DNA from: Gammaproteobacteria bacterium
GTDB lineage: Bacteria > Pseudomonadota > Gammaproteobacteria > BTQY01
DNA: 64,000 nucleotides
Direction: 5' to 3'
Assembly (NCBI GenBank): GCA_036986115.1
Contig: BTQY01000005.1
Span: forward strand, 3,210 to 67,209
Below are positions 50,759-60,393 of the stretch, piece after piece (position 1 is the first letter of the stretch; every line of letters begins with the position of its first letter). A program made the position numbers and the translations under genes. The notes beneath the pieces were generated by a model. The model was not told the origin of the DNA, searched no databases, and saw only the letters and a list, made by a program, of their open reading frames with translations.

Positions 50759-51253
50759 CTATATATCGATATTGTCATTACTGGCGATGACTTTCTCGGC
50801 ACTCGCCGCACGATCATCCTTGATGGCCCGGGCAATAGTATCGTCACTCAGGGCCAGCATTTGCGCAGCCAGATAAGCCGCATTTTTGGCACCAGCCTTG
50901 CCGATGGCGACGCAGGCAACCGGAATGCCGCCGGGCATTTGTACGGTAGAGAGCAGTGCATCCATACCTTGCAGTGGACCGGCATCAATCGGAACACCGA
51001 TCACCGGTTTACTGGTCAGCCCTGCCACGGTACCGGCCAGGTGGGCCGCCAGGCCCGCAGCAGCAATAAAGATCTGGCAGCCACGTTGCTCTGCATCAGT
51101 GACATATTCATGGGTTGCGGCCGGGGTGCGGTGCGCCGAGGTAATACGCACTTCATAAAATACGCCGAGTGATTTCAATACATCTACAGTGGTCTGCATG
51201 ACCGGCAGATCCGATTCGGAACCCATCAATATTGCAACGAATGGCTTAGACAT
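50759..51253 (-). CDS. purE: N5-carboxyaminoimidazole ribonucleotide mutase
   Basis: VAILMGSESDL...ITSAHRTP motif. No purK adjacent. Confidence 0.93.
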   Translation of the reverse strand: MSKPFVAILMGSESDLPVMQTTVDVLKSLGVFYEVRITSAHRTPAATHEYVTDAEQRGCQIFIAAAGLAAHLAGTVAGLTSKPVIGVPIDAGPLQGMDALLSTVQMPGGIPVACVAIGKAGAKNAAYLAAQMLALSDDTIARAIKDDRAASAEKVIASNDNIDI

Positions 51254-51340
51254 GGCCGTTAATCTCTTGCTTATAAGGATGGAAAGATACAGGTTTTTTA
51301 AAGCGAGATAAAGCCTGAATACGTGAAGGGCAAGGGGGCC

Positions 51341-53653
51341 TTACTCGGCCTGGGCCTCTTCCTCTTCTTCCGGGGTTTCCGGCATATCGTAGGGTTCGGC
51401 AAAGCCGCAGACCTTTTGTGGGCAAACCTTTTCTGTACCGCGTTTCTTGGTGGTCTTTATGCTCAGCATCGGCCAGCCGCAATCCGGACAGGCCTGGTTC
51501 AGTGGCATGTTCCATACGGCATATTTACAATCCGGGTAGCGTTCACATGAATAGAAGATCTTGCCGTAGCGGGATTTGCGCTGCAGCATCCTGCCTTCAT
51601 GACACTCCGGGCAATCAACCCCGGTGTCTTTGGGTTTCTCAATGGGTTCAATGTGATTGCAATTCGGATAATGGGTGCAACCGATAAACTTGCCATAACG
51701 GCCAGTCTTGATCAGCAGGTCATGTCCACAGTCAGGACACTTGCGATCTTTGATTATCTCAGGCTCTGCATTGGCATCTTCATTCAGATTACGGGCGTAA
51801 TCACATTCAGGGTAAGCGGTGCAGCCTATGAACCGACCGCGCTTGCCCAGTCGAATTGAAAGTGGTGCATTACACTTTGGACACTTCTCGTCCATTTCCT
51901 CGTGGGTAACATCACGGCGACTGACATTCTCGTCGGTATGCACCACCAGGTCTTTAAACGGTTGCCAGAATTTTTCCAGTAGCGGTATCCACTCCATTTC
52001 ACCACGAGAGATAGAATCCAGATCGTCTTCAAGTTTTGCCGTGAAGTTATAGTCCACGTAATTGGTGAAATAATCAGACAGGAACTTGTTAACGACCCGG
52101 CCCACATCTGTTGGTATAAAACGGCGCTTGTCCATTTCCACGTATTCACGTTTTTGTAACGTTGAGATAATGGAGGCATAGGTGGATGGTCGGCCAATAC
52201 CATATTCTTCAAGGGTCTTCACCAGGCTGGCTTCTGAGAAGCGCGGTGGCGGTTCGGTAAAGTGTTGTTCGGGACGAATGGCCTTTAAGGGTATTTCATC
52301 GCCGACTTCCATGGCAGGCAGCAATTTGTCCTTGTCATCAACCTTGGTATCGTCCTGGCCTTCCTGGTAAACCGCCATGAAACCAGGGTCTACTACGGTA
52401 GAACCATTGGCCCGGAAGGTATTGCCCTCGCCTGCGGACAGGTCAATACCGACGGTATTGATAGTGGCGTGTACCATCTGACAGGAAACGGTACGATTCC
52501 AGATCAGTCGATATAACTTGAACTGATCATTCGACAGGTGCTCCTTGATGGAGTTTGGATCCATTTCAGAGGCGGTCGGGCGTACCGCTTCGTGGGCTTC
52601 CTGAGCATTCTTTGACTTGTTCTTGAAGGTCCGGTGTTCTTTGGGCAACTTGTTTGCACCATATCGCTTTTCGATGGTCGCGCGGATCTCCTCCACAGCT
52701 TCTTCGCCAAGGTTGACCGAATCAGTACGCATATAGGTAATCAGACCTGCCGCACCGCTACCGGTATCAATGCCTTCATACAGTTGCTGTGCAGTACGCA
52801 TGGTGCGTTGCGCGGTAAAACCGAGTTTACGCGCGGCTTCCTGTTGCATGGTGGAGGTCGTGAAGGGCGGCGATGGATTACGTCGGCGTTGCTTTTTATC
52901 GATCTTGGCGACGGTCAGATGCCCGCCTGCCGCTTTCATCAGGGTTGATTCAACTTTAGTGGCCTGTTTTTCATCAGTAATACTGAACTGTGCCAGTTTT
53001 TCGCCCTTATAAAGTTGCAGCTTGCCGATGAAGTCCTGCTTGTCCTTGTTGAGGTCTGCCTCAATGGTCCAGTATTCTTTTGCCTTAAATTTCTCAATTT
53101 CCAGTTCGCGTTCGACTATCAGGCGCAATGCCGGACTTTGCACGCGCCCGGCGGACAGCCCACGACGAATCTTTTTCCATAGCAGCGGTGACAGGTTGAA
53201 GCCCACCAGAAAATCCAGCGCCCGGCGGGCCTGTTGTGAGTTCACCATGTCCATTGATAGCTCGCGAGGGTTATCTACCGCTTCTTTAATCGCTTTTTTG
53301 GTGACTTCATGGAAGACCACCCGGCCAACTTCCTTGCCTTTCAACAGGTTCTTTTCTTTCAGCAATTCGTACAGGTGCCATGAGATGGCCTCACCCTCGC
53401 GATCCGGGTCAGTCGCCAGGTACAGGGTATCGGCCTTTTTCATGGCCTTGGTAATCGCGGCGAGGTGCTTCTGGTTTTTTTCTATGGCGCGATAATTCAT
53501 GGCGAACTTGTTTTCGGTATCAACCGCGCCTTCTTTGGGTAGCAGATCGCGGACATGCCCATAGGAGGCCAGGACCTCAAAGCCCTTACCCAGGTATTTC
53601 TTGATGGTTTTCGCCTTGGCAGGCGACTCAACGATAACGAGATGTTTGCTCAC
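51341..53653 (-). CDS. topA: DNA topoisomerase I
   Basis: TOPRIM N-terminus (LVIVESPAKAKTI), active-site Tyr region, multiple C-terminal C4 zinc ribbons. Confidence 0.95.
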   Translation of the reverse strand: MSKHLVIVESPAKAKTIKKYLGKGFEVLASYGHVRDLLPKEGAVDTENKFAMNYRAIEKNQKHLAAITKAMKKADTLYLATDPDREGEAISWHLYELLKEKNLLKGKEVGRVVFHEVTKKAIKEAVDNPRELSMDMVNSQQARRALDFLVGFNLSPLLWKKIRRGLSAGRVQSPALRLIVERELEIEKFKAKEYWTIEADLNKDKQDFIGKLQLYKGEKLAQFSITDEKQATKVESTLMKAAGGHLTVAKIDKKQRRRNPSPPFTTSTMQQEAARKLGFTAQRTMRTAQQLYEGIDTGSGAAGLITYMRTDSVNLGEEAVEEIRATIEKRYGANKLPKEHRTFKNKSKNAQEAHEAVRPTASEMDPNSIKEHLSNDQFKLYRLIWNRTVSCQMVHATINTVGIDLSAGEGNTFRANGSTVVDPGFMAVYQEGQDDTKVDDKDKLLPAMEVGDEIPLKAIRPEQHFTEPPPRFSEASLVKTLEEYGIGRPSTYASIISTLQKREYVEMDKRRFIPTDVGRVVNKFLSDYFTNYVDYNFTAKLEDDLDSISRGEMEWIPLLEKFWQPFKDLVVHTDENVSRRDVTHEEMDEKCPKCNAPLSIRLGKRGRFIGCTAYPECDYARNLNEDANAEPEIIKDRKCPDCGHDLLIKTGRYGKFIGCTHYPNCNHIEPIEKPKDTGVDCPECHEGRMLQRKSRYGKIFYSCERYPDCKYAVWNMPLNQACPDCGWPMLSIKTTKKRGTEKVCPQKVCGFAEPYDMPETPEEEEEAQAE

Positions 53654-53887
53654 AGCTGATCGTGGTTACTCAAATATCTATGTAGTTAATAAAGTAGATG
53701 GCTAATACCCATATTGCCATTGTGTGGAATGCCCCGCAAAATCGCACTCCCCTTTTTCAACATATCTTAATTTTCACTAAAATAAAATACGCAGACAACG
53801 GTTATGCCCGGGCAGTGAAGATTTCGCTCACCCAGGAGATTGTTTTTAGTACGGAAAGAGCTGTTTACAGAAAATTATTTTCTGGCA

Positions 53888-54367
53888 TTAGTGCAACAGA
53901 TTTGCCATGTCATCCAGCACCAGTCCTTCCATCCATGCGTAGGCGGCTTCCTGTCCGGGCTGGTTGAACAACACCATCAGGATGACCCACTTGAAGGTAT
54001 CCAGATCAATTTCTTCCATTTCCAGCGCCATTATCCGGTCGATCACCAGCTCCCGGGCAGTTTGATCCAGTACCCCGACCTGCTCCAGGAACAACAGGAA
54101 ACCACGGCAAAGCGTATTGATTTTGTCCATTTCACCATCGGTAAAAATCCGTGAAGACTGTGAAGTAAGGACGGGCAGACCTGCCTGATTATCGCTTAGC
54201 GCGGTCAATCCCTCGAGCCATTCGAGTGCCTTTGAGATCTCTTTGTGGCCAAAGCCTGCCTGACTCAGTTCCAGTTTCAGGGAATCCTCGTCACCGGCGA
54301 GCACGACCTCCTCATCGAGATAATTCTCGAAGAGATACATCAGGACATCGAGTACGGTTTCTTTCAT
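53888..54367 (-). CDS. smg: Smg (DUF494) protein
   Basis: MKETVLDVLMYLFENY... classic Smg. 4-bp overlap with dprA stop. Confidence 0.85.
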   Translation of the reverse strand: MKETVLDVLMYLFENYLDEEVVLAGDEDSLKLELSQAGFGHKEISKALEWLEGLTALSDNQAGLPVLTSQSSRIFTDGEMDKINTLCRGFLLFLEQVGVLDQTARELVIDRIMALEMEEIDLDTFKWVILMVLFNQPGQEAAYAWMEGLVLDDMANLLH

Positions 54368-55608
54368 TCTGTGCGTTTCCTCGCGTTTCCCATGCGGGCG
54401 TATAACCCACCGGGCACTGTGTGCACGTGATCATGCAATTCCAGTACCAACAGGATGCGGGAAACTTGATCCGCCGTCAATCCGCACCGCGCAACCATCT
54501 GATCTATTGTGACCGGCTCGTGTCCCATCTGTTCTAATAGCGCGATCGCAGTAACCTCAAGATCCGTATGGCTATTGTCAGGCCGGGGTGGGGCCCCGAG
54601 AGCCAGCTCGCCCTGTGAGACAGGTGCTGAGGCCTGCGCCGACGTCAGCCAGTGGCTCAGCGGGCCGAGCTCTTCCAGCACATCTGTGGCGGTCTCGACC
54701 AATTTTGCCCCCTGCCGGATCAACTGGTGGCAACCCCTTGCCGTCGGCAGGTGGATCGAGCCCGGGATCGCAAATACCTCACGGCCCTGTTCTGCCGCCA
54801 GTCTGGCGGTAATTAACGAGCCGCTACGCGTGGCCGCCTCCACCACCAGGCAGCCAAGGCTTAAGCCACTGATGATCCGGTTTCGGCGCGGAAAGTGCGC
54901 TGACCTGGGGAGCGTTCCTGGTGGGAATTCACTGACGATACACCCATTTTCGACGATCTTAGCGGCAAGTTCACGATTTTTAGCCGGATATACCATATCG
55001 GGCCCGGAACCAATGACAGCCACCGTGTGGCCGCCGCCATGCAACGCGCCAGCATGACTGGCGGCGTCGATGCCCATGGCCAGGCCACTGGTAATGACCA
55101 GTCCGGCCTGGCTGAGACTGGCGGCAAATGCGCCGGCGGTTTCGCGGCCGACAGGGCTCGGATTACGGCTGCCGACCATGGCCAGTTGATGGCTGGCGAG
55201 GCAGGCGGGATCGCCTTCGACGAACAGCAGCGGCGGTGGGGTGGGGATCTGTTGAAGCAGTGCTGGGTAGTGTGGATCCCCCCTGGTCAGGATAAATCGT
55301 CCCGCTTGTCTGGCCCAGCGTAAATCCTGTTCTACTTGATGCCAGTCTGGTCGCTGCATCGAGGTGATTATCGCTGCCTTGATCCCGCACTGGGCCAGGC
55401 TTTGCTGATCGGCCTCGAGGATGGCCGCAGGCCGCTTGAAGACGGCCAGTAAATTGTCCAGCGTGGCCGGCCCCAGGCCGGGGACGCGCAGCAATGCCAG
55501 CCACGGCGAAAGATCGTGCTCGCGGTCAGCGTTAGTCTGGCTGGCAGATTGGCTATTGGAAGCGCTGTCGTGTGTATATCGGGAATCCTTTCCCACAGAT
55601 TTGTGCAT
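54364..55608 (-). CDS. dprA: DNA-processing protein DprA (Smf)
   Basis: Rossmann-like DprA core (GSRNPS...GLAMGID...FPRRNRIISGLS...GSLITAR) and C-terminal winged-helix. Confidence 0.9.
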   Translation of the reverse strand: MHKSVGKDSRYTHDSASNSQSASQTNADREHDLSPWLALLRVPGLGPATLDNLLAVFKRPAAILEADQQSLAQCGIKAAIITSMQRPDWHQVEQDLRWARQAGRFILTRGDPHYPALLQQIPTPPPLLFVEGDPACLASHQLAMVGSRNPSPVGRETAGAFAASLSQAGLVITSGLAMGIDAASHAGALHGGGHTVAVIGSGPDMVYPAKNRELAAKIVENGCIVSEFPPGTLPRSAHFPRRNRIISGLSLGCLVVEAATRSGSLITARLAAEQGREVFAIPGSIHLPTARGCHQLIRQGAKLVETATDVLEELGPLSHWLTSAQASAPVSQGELALGAPPRPDNSHTDLEVTAIALLEQMGHEPVTIDQMVARCGLTADQVSRILLVLELHDHVHTVPGGLYARMGNARKRTE

Positions 55609-55657
55609 CGGAGATCCTTCTCCTCATGTTAGATAATGCTTGTATATAAGGGTTATA

Positions 55658-56704
55658 TTACCCGGGTGTGCGCACCTTGTCGAGTGTGTGGATGAAGCGG
55701 TTGGCCCGCATTACCAGTGCATAGCTGACCCGTTCAAAGGTACGAAAGACCATAATGATGCCCGCCGATTCATCCGGCAGGGTCACTTTGTCCTTGCGAT
55801 CTTCGGTGACTGAATCCGGGATGGTCTTGCCTGCCTGGTATACCTGCAGCACATGCCCGGATTCCAGGCCGTCTTTTTTACCCAGATTGATGGCAACGAC
55901 GTCATAGCGGCCAATGTTGGCGACGCCTTCAAACACATTCAGGATCACCCCTTCAAGCTGTTGCGCTGGCAGATGCGGGGTAAAATGGGTGTCCAGCTGC
56001 TCGATGTCATTCGGGAACGCCTTGTCACCGGTATTGGTCTCACGCTTCGATTGCCTGAGCACAAAGGTCGCCGGATCACCGTAGCGGGCGGGTGTGGCAT
56101 TGGCGATATACACCATTTCATAACCGAGGATATCGTCTTTTTTGGCGTCAGGGTTGCGGAATATCTCTCCCTTGCGCATGATCACCCAATCACGGCTGCT
56201 TTTATCGTTGACCTTACGTACATAGATCTGGTCGCCGCTGGCTGCTAAAACATGCTCGCCATCGACTGCGACCACATAGGCGGCACCGTCCAGTTCAGAC
56301 TGGGTCAGAACCATGGGTCGGGTCAGGAACGGCTTGATAGACGTTATGGGTATCGTGGGGATGGCCTGATCGATAGCACTTTCACGTAGACGCGGTGATA
56401 GCTTGACGGTTTCACGACCGCGTTTCAGGCCTAATCTGGGTTTACCATCGGCACCGTAGGTCAGGCTCAGGACATCTCCAGGGTAGATCAGGTGTGGGTT
56501 GGCTATCTGTGGATTGACGTTCCAGATATCCGGCCAGCGCCAGGGGTTCTTCAGAAACATTTCTGAGATATCCCACAGGGTGTCACCCTTCTTTACCGTA
56601 TATTCACTGGGGTGAGCAGGGTTGAGCTCAACGGGGTCTGTGGCACCAATGGAAACGGTCACAAATAGGGCGAGTATTAGACCGAAGAGGTGTTTGGCAA
56701 CCAT
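55658..56704 (-). CDS. tsaP: LysM-domain peptidoglycan-binding protein, TsaP-like (type IV pilus secretin-associated)
   Basis: Signal peptide, LysM (YTVKKGDTLWDIS). Conserved position between dprA and def as in Neisseria/Pseudomonas. Confidence 0.7.
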   Translation of the reverse strand: MVAKHLFGLILALFVTVSIGATDPVELNPAHPSEYTVKKGDTLWDISEMFLKNPWRWPDIWNVNPQIANPHLIYPGDVLSLTYGADGKPRLGLKRGRETVKLSPRLRESAIDQAIPTIPITSIKPFLTRPMVLTQSELDGAAYVVAVDGEHVLAASGDQIYVRKVNDKSSRDWVIMRKGEIFRNPDAKKDDILGYEMVYIANATPARYGDPATFVLRQSKRETNTGDKAFPNDIEQLDTHFTPHLPAQQLEGVILNVFEGVANIGRYDVVAINLGKKDGLESGHVLQVYQAGKTIPDSVTEDRKDKVTLPDESAGIIMVFRTFERVSYALVMRANRFIHTLDKVRTPG

Positions 56705-56872
56705 ATCAATTCCTTTCCATTATCAATATTTTTATGTTATTTCAGAGTCTATCCAAACCTGTAGATTAGATAAAGTATAGCTGAATTAGTCAAAAATCCA
56801 GTATTATCCCAGTATTATCATAGCTTTGGTACAATAAGCTATATTCTTACACAAAAAGGTGACACAAATCAC

Positions 56873-57391
56873 ATGTCACAACTGAATATTTTACAATATC
56901 CTGACCCCAGGTTGCGTATCGTCGCCGCCCCAGTGGAGCGGGTAAATGACGAAATCCGTTGCCTGGTGGGCGATATGCTCGAAACCATGTACCAGGCCCC
57001 CGGCATCGGCCTGGCCGCGACCCAGGTGGATGCGCACCTGCGGGTGATTGTCATTGATATCTCGGCAGAAAAGGACCAGCCACTGGTGTTGATCAACCCG
57101 GAATTGCTCGAGGCCTCCGGCGAGGAAGAGGTCGAGGAGGGCTGCCTGTCGTTGCCCGGGATCTATGAAAAGGTCTGCCGGTCGGCACATATCAAGATAA
57201 CGGCCCTCGGCGTGGATGCCAGATCCTTCAACCTGGAGACGGATGGACTGCTGGCGGTGTGTATCCAGCACGAAATGGATCATCTGCTCGGTAAGGTATT
57301 CGTGGATTACCTGTCGCCCCTGAAGCAACAACGGACGGTGAAAAAGCTGCAAAAACAGCAAAAATTCACCCATGACAAGCTCGTCTTTTGA
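56873..57391 (+). CDS. def: Peptide deformylase
   Basis: [14 protein letters not shown] and HEMDH motifs. Confidence 0.93.
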   Translation: MSQLNILQYPDPRLRIVAAPVERVNDEIRCLVGDMLETMYQAPGIGLAATQVDAHLRVIVIDISAEKDQPLVLINPELLEASGEEEVEEGCLSLPGIYEKVCRSAHIKITALGVDARSFNLETDGLLAVCIQHEMDHLLGKVFVDYLSPLKQQRTVKKLQKQQKFTHDKLVF

Positions 57392-57416
57392 GCGCAATCT
57401 GTCAGGACAAATACCC

Positions 57417-58409
57417 ATGCCTAGCGCAATAACAAAGCCCCTGAAAATCATCTTTGCCGGTACCCCGGAGTTTGCGCTAACCCCGTTGCAGGCGTTGATC
57501 GATTCCCCCCACCGGGTGATTGCCGTGTATACCCAGCCGGACCGGCCGGCCGGCCGGGGTCGCAAGCTCACCGCCAGCCCCGTGAAACAACTGGCACTGA
57601 GCCAGGATATCCCGGTGTTTCAGCCGCTCTCATTGAAGGATCAGGCGAGCCAGCAGCAGCTTGCCGGGCTGGCTGCAGAGCTGATGGTGGTGGTGGCCTA
57701 TGGTTTGATCCTGCCGACGGCGGTGTTACAGGCGCCGACACTCGGCTGCATTAATATTCATGCCTCGCTGTTGCCCCGCTGGCGCGGTGCGGCGCCGATA
57801 CAACGGGCCATTTACGCCGGTGACCGTCACACCGGGATCACTATCATGCAGATGGATGAAGGCCTGGATAGTGGTGATATTCTGAGTACCGTGAGCACGC
57901 CGATCCGCCCCGATGACACCGCACAGCAACTGCATGATCGCCTGGCGGTGATGGGTGCGCAGGCATTAATGACGGTCATTACCGGCCTGCAGCAAGGTTC
58001 ATTAACGGCCATCCTGCAGGATGAAGCACTGGCGAATTATGCGAATAAGCTCAGCAAGTCTGAAGCACACATCGATTGGCGGCAGCCAGCGCAGCAGCTA
58101 CTGCAACAGATAAATGCCTTTAATCCATGGCCTGTCGCGCAGACGCTATGGCATCCGCCGCCGGGCGAGGAAGCCAGGGTGCTGCGGATCTGGGAGGCGA
58201 AATCGGTTGATGACCCTCATGATAGCGGTGCGGACGGGCGTTCTGACCTCAGGCCGGGCACGGTCGTGTCTGCCACGGTCGACGGTATTGACGTGACTAC
58301 CGGCCGTGGCACGCTGCGCCTGACAAAGGTACAGCTGCCGGGTGGCCGGCCGATGCCGGTTGCGGAGTTTATGCATGCCCATGATCTCAGTGGTGCCTGC
58401 CTTGGCTAG
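57417..58409 (+). CDS. fmt: Methionyl-tRNA formyltransferase
   Basis: Start moved to the internal ATG giving ...LKIIFAGTPEFA N-terminus. The listed ORF start overlaps the def 3' end. Confidence 0.92.
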   Translation: MPSAITKPLKIIFAGTPEFALTPLQALIDSPHRVIAVYTQPDRPAGRGRKLTASPVKQLALSQDIPVFQPLSLKDQASQQQLAGLAAELMVVVAYGLILPTAVLQAPTLGCINIHASLLPRWRGAAPIQRAIYAGDRHTGITIMQMDEGLDSGDILSTVSTPIRPDDTAQQLHDRLAVMGAQALMTVITGLQQGSLTAILQDEALANYANKLSKSEAHIDWRQPAQQLLQQINAFNPWPVAQTLWHPPPGEEARVLRIWEAKSVDDPHDSGADGRSDLRPGTVVSATVDGIDVTTGRGTLRLTKVQLPGGRPMPVAEFMHAHDLSGACLG

Positions 58410-58436
58410 CACGCCAGCGGGGACGGGCCCGGCAAG

Positions 58437-59780
58437 ATGAAGGCGCGCCAGGCCGCCGTGGCCACACTGGTCCAGGTGATCGGTCAGCATCGATCCCTGA
58501 CGGGAGAGCTTGCCATTCAACTGCCGCAGATATCCGATTCATCGCAGCGGGCCCTGAGTCAGGAGATCTGTTACGGCGTGTTGCGCTGGCATGATCAATT
58601 ACAGGCACTGACGACGAAACTGCTTGAAAAACCACTCCGCGCAAAAGACCTGGACATCCATGTGTTGGTCCTGTGCGGCCTGTACCAGCTGTTATACATG
58701 CGCATTCCGGACCATGCTGCCGTTGATGAGACCGTGGCGGTGGCCCGGATACTGAAAAAGCCGTGGGCATCGAAGCTGGTCAATGCGCTGTTACGCCGCT
58801 TCCAGCGTGAACGCCGGCAATTGCTGCAGGGATTGTCAGAGAATGCCCGCCTGGCCCACCCCGACTGGTTAGTGCAGGCGCTGAAGACGGCCTGGCCAGA
58901 TGACTGGCCAGCGATCATCAAGGCAAACAACGCACGCCCACCCATGACACTCAGGGTCAACCGTAGCCGGGTGTCACGTGACGATTATCTGGCCAGCTTG
59001 CGGGCAGAACAGATCCCGGCCGGGCCTCACCCATACAGTGTTGATGCGGTGATACTGGAGCAGGCCGTTGAGGTACAACGCCTGCCCGGGTTTAACCGGG
59101 GCCATGTCTCGGTGCAGGATGCCGCCGCGCAGCAGGCGGCAGGCCTGTTAGCGTTGTCTGCTGGCCAGCGGTTACTGGATGCCTGTGCGGCCCCCGGTGG
59201 CAAGACCACGCATATACTGGAATGCCTGCAGGCGGGCGCTATCACCGACGGCCATGCGGTTAATTCTGTTGCCGCCGCCGCGGTGACGGCACTGGACATC
59301 GATGCGCATCGCCTCGGCCGGGTCAGCGAATCACTGCATCGCCTCGGCCTTCAGGCCACAATCCTGTGCGCTGATGCGGCCGATCCAGACAGCTGGTGGG
59401 ACGGTCAGCCCTATGATCGGATCCTGCTGGATGCACCCTGTTCTGCCACCGGCGTGATACGTCGGCACCCGGACATCAAGTTGCTGCGACGTGCGCAGGA
59501 CATTCCTGCCCTGTCAGCACAGCAGGCAAAGATCCTTGCGGGCATGTGGCCGTTGCTGGCACCCGGTGGTTTGCTGTTATATGCCACCTGTTCCATACTG
59601 CCAGAAGAGAATCATCAGGTAGTTAGCGGGTTTTTGAGCGAGACCAGCGATGCCAGTGAAGAACTTATTAAGGCGAAGTGGGGCAGGCGAATGCCGGCAG
59701 GGAGACAGATCCTCCCGGGCCAGGACGGCATGGACGGTTTTTACTATGCCTGTCTGAAAAAGGCCTGCCAGCAGAAGTGA
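58437..59780 (+). CDS. rsmB: 16S rRNA (cytosine967-C5)-methyltransferase
   Basis: NusB-like N-domain plus SAM MTase with catalytic DAPCSATG and PC motifs. Confidence 0.9.
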   Translation: MKARQAAVATLVQVIGQHRSLTGELAIQLPQISDSSQRALSQEICYGVLRWHDQLQALTTKLLEKPLRAKDLDIHVLVLCGLYQLLYMRIPDHAAVDETVAVARILKKPWASKLVNALLRRFQRERRQLLQGLSENARLAHPDWLVQALKTAWPDDWPAIIKANNARPPMTLRVNRSRVSRDDYLASLRAEQIPAGPHPYSVDAVILEQAVEVQRLPGFNRGHVSVQDAAAQQAAGLLALSAGQRLLDACAAPGGKTTHILECLQAGAITDGHAVNSVAAAAVTALDIDAHRLGRVSESLHRLGLQATILCADAADPDSWWDGQPYDRILLDAPCSATGVIRRHPDIKLLRRAQDIPALSAQQAKILAGMWPLLAPGGLLLYATCSILPEENHQVVSGFLSETSDASEELIKAKWGRRMPAGRQILPGQDGMDGFYYACLKKACQQK

Positions 59781-59793
59781 AAATAACAACAAC

Positions 59794-60393
59794 ATGAACA
59801 CACCTCAGACAAGCAACTCACCAGACGGTGCATTCCGCCTTACGTGGAAGCTTGTCATACTGCTTGGCTTGCTGGGTATGGCCGTCGCGGCAAAGGCCAG
59901 TGCCACCGAGTTTACGGTGGCGGATGTTTCCACTGAGCTCAAGGGCCAGCGGTATTACCTGAATGCCGATGTCATATATGAGTTTAATGAAGAAGTCCTT
60001 GAGGCGATGAGAAATGGTGTGCCGCTTGGTATCAGGTTGGCCATAAGTTTAAAACGCGTACGTGACTATTTATGGAATGAATCTGTTATCCAGATCAGCC
60101 AGTACCACGAGATCCATTACAATGCGCTGACTGAACAATATATTGTCAAGGATGTCCTGGCAGGAACGCAGCAAAGTTATATCAGTCGTGCCGCCGCTAT
60201 CACTGCGGTAGGCCGTTTTCAGAATATTCCATTAATCGAGTCGGGAAAGATTTCGGCCAGCGAGAAATATCAAATCAGTTTTCAGCCAGCCTTTGATATT
60301 GAATCCCTGCCCGCACCGCTCAGGCCCTGGGCATGGCTTTCATCAGACTGGAAATTCTCAGGTGAACGACAGCAATGGCCTCTGCAAAAATAA
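59794..60393 (+). CDS. DUF4390-domain periplasmic protein
   Basis: Signal peptide; conserved position between rsmB and ntrY-like kinase. Overlaps next gene by 19 bp. Confidence 0.65.
   Translation: MNTPQTSNSPDGAFRLTWKLVILLGLLGMAVAAKASATEFTVADVSTELKGQRYYLNADVIYEFNEEVLEAMRNGVPLGIRLAISLKRVRDYLWNESVIQISQYHEIHYNALTEQYIVKDVLAGTQQSYISRAAAITAVGRFQNIPLIESGKISASEKYQISFQPAFDIESLPAPLRPWAWLSSDWKFSGERQQWPLQK

Noticed and set aside
50681-51172. 163-aa plus-strand ORF beginning MRKLTPYQSPFTNHQSLITNHQSPIT
   Set aside because: Its N-terminus is simply the translation of the heptamer SSR, and the remainder is antisense to purE.
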